Below, one piece after another: positions 62,761 to 64,000 of a stretch of DNA of 64,000 nucleotides. How positions within the stretch are numbered: position 1 is the stretch's first letter; every line of letters starts with the position of its first letter. The stretch is from Octopus sinensis (lineage: Eukaryota), in assembly GCF_006345805.1 (NCBI RefSeq), contig NC_043000.1:15996001-16060000 (forward strand), given 5' to 3'. The translations under genes were made by a program, and so were the position numbers. The notes beneath the pieces are model-generated. The model was not told the origin of the DNA. It made no database searches and worked only from the letters and a program-made list of their open reading frames with translations.

Positions 62761-64000
62761 TATATATCTATATCTATATATATATATATATTTAACAATT
62801 AAGGATAACTTCTTAATAAGGAATCTTAACAAGAAATTATCAGGTAGTTAAGCGTGAAAAACCTCATAAGACAAAAAAAATTCGAAAATAATTTTTTTCC
62901 TTTTGAAAATATTAATTTTAATATATATATATATATTGTGTGTGTGTGTCTGAAGAATAGAGTGAATGAGAAAGAGATTAAAGAGTTATAAGAATGAAAT
63001 GAGAAGGCTTGAGGTTGAGTGATTAAAGAGAGGAAATAGAAGAAAGCATGAAGATGAGAGGGAGGGAAAAAGATAGGAGAGAGAGGGGGGGAGATAGCAT
63101 ACCTAAGTGCAAGAAAGCAGGTGTGTATACACAGGTACAAAACACTGATGTATGATGGATTGTTTGTGTCTTAGTTTCAAGGAAGAAGAAAGAAGAATAA
63201 AGGAGAATGCAACAACAAGAATATTGGTAGAGCAAACAAGAACCATTTCATTACCAACTGTGAGTCGTGTAATAATTAATTCAGTGAACAGTGGTTCTGT
63301 ACAAAGATGCCAACTACAAGGACTCTGGACGTCATCAAAGCAAAAAGTGACGAAGAGAATCAGTAAGGTGGGGGGTAGTGTAGCAATTATGAGTGAAAAC
63401 CATCATTTTGTCTAGATTTCCCAGTGGAAAAAATTTAAATGAAAACATAATTAAATTTATTGGTCTTCAATACTAACCTACCTTCAATCAAACAGTTCAC
63501 ATTTAAATTGAAGTCTCAACCAAAATCTTGTAGGCGTCTTTTATCTTCTACTTGTTTCACTCATTGGACTCTGACCATGTTGGGGTAGCACATTGAAGAG
63601 TTTTAGTTGAACAAGTCACTCCCAGTACTTAATATTTTGGTGGGTTTTTTGGGGGGTTTTTTTAAGTGTGGTTCTTGTTCTGTTGGTGTCTTTTGAGAAA
63701 TACTAGGCTATGGGGATGTAAACAAACCAACACTGGTGATCACGGAGTCGAGGACAACGACACACGCACATACACACACATGGATGACAGATGGACGGAG
63801 AGACAGACAGACAGATACCTGATGCAGCCACAGTTTGTCTACTAAATCCACTCACGAGGCACTGGTTGGCCTTGGGCAATAATAGAACACACCCATGTTG
63901 CCGAGCAGCAGGATAGAACCCAAAACCTTGCAGTTTCCAAATGAGCCTCTTAATAATAATAATAATAATCCTTTCTACTACAGGCAAAAGGCCTGAAATT

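Noticed and set aside
63152-63415. 87-aa plus-strand ORF with apparent splice sites
   Set aside because: Alternate frames resemble degraded RTE ORF2 (..HFITN.., TLDVIK..), so it is most likely a LINE relic.

Overview
Eukaryotic, AT-rich, repeat-dense genomic DNA. The repeat families and microsatellite load look like an octopus (coleoid cephalopod) genome; this is recognition, not a database result. The one host gene I can support is on the minus strand: an APLF (aprataxin and PNKP-like factor) orthologue. Eight exons (31591-31662, 26715-26881, 24307-24482, 13749-13822, 12227-12398, 7603-7791, 4859-5028, 448-767) all have canonical AG/GT boundaries and join in one frame (1340 nt, about 446 codons). 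They run from the APLF-type FHA domain, through a long charged low-complexity linker, to the first half of a PBZ zinc finger. The gene continues off the left edge, and I could not find its first coding exon. The rest is intronic or upstream DNA packed with tRNA-derived SINEs, about 25 5'-truncated RTE-LINE 3' ends carrying a tandem ~65-bp module, CR1 and RTE fragments, Tc1/mariner relics and MITEs, a 221-bp TTAA (piggyBac-like) MITE family and non-autonomous Helitrons. The most unusual items are: (1) a tRNA-headed SINE whose tail holds a minimal Penelope-type hammerhead ribozyme fold; (2) a ~600-bp fold-back just upstream of an APLF splice acceptor; (3) an APLF linker with an AT-hook/SPKK, a displaced acidic chaperone-like motif and no visible Ku-binding motif. 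I see no CRISPR array, rRNA or intact tRNA, and no clearly new multi-gene system.
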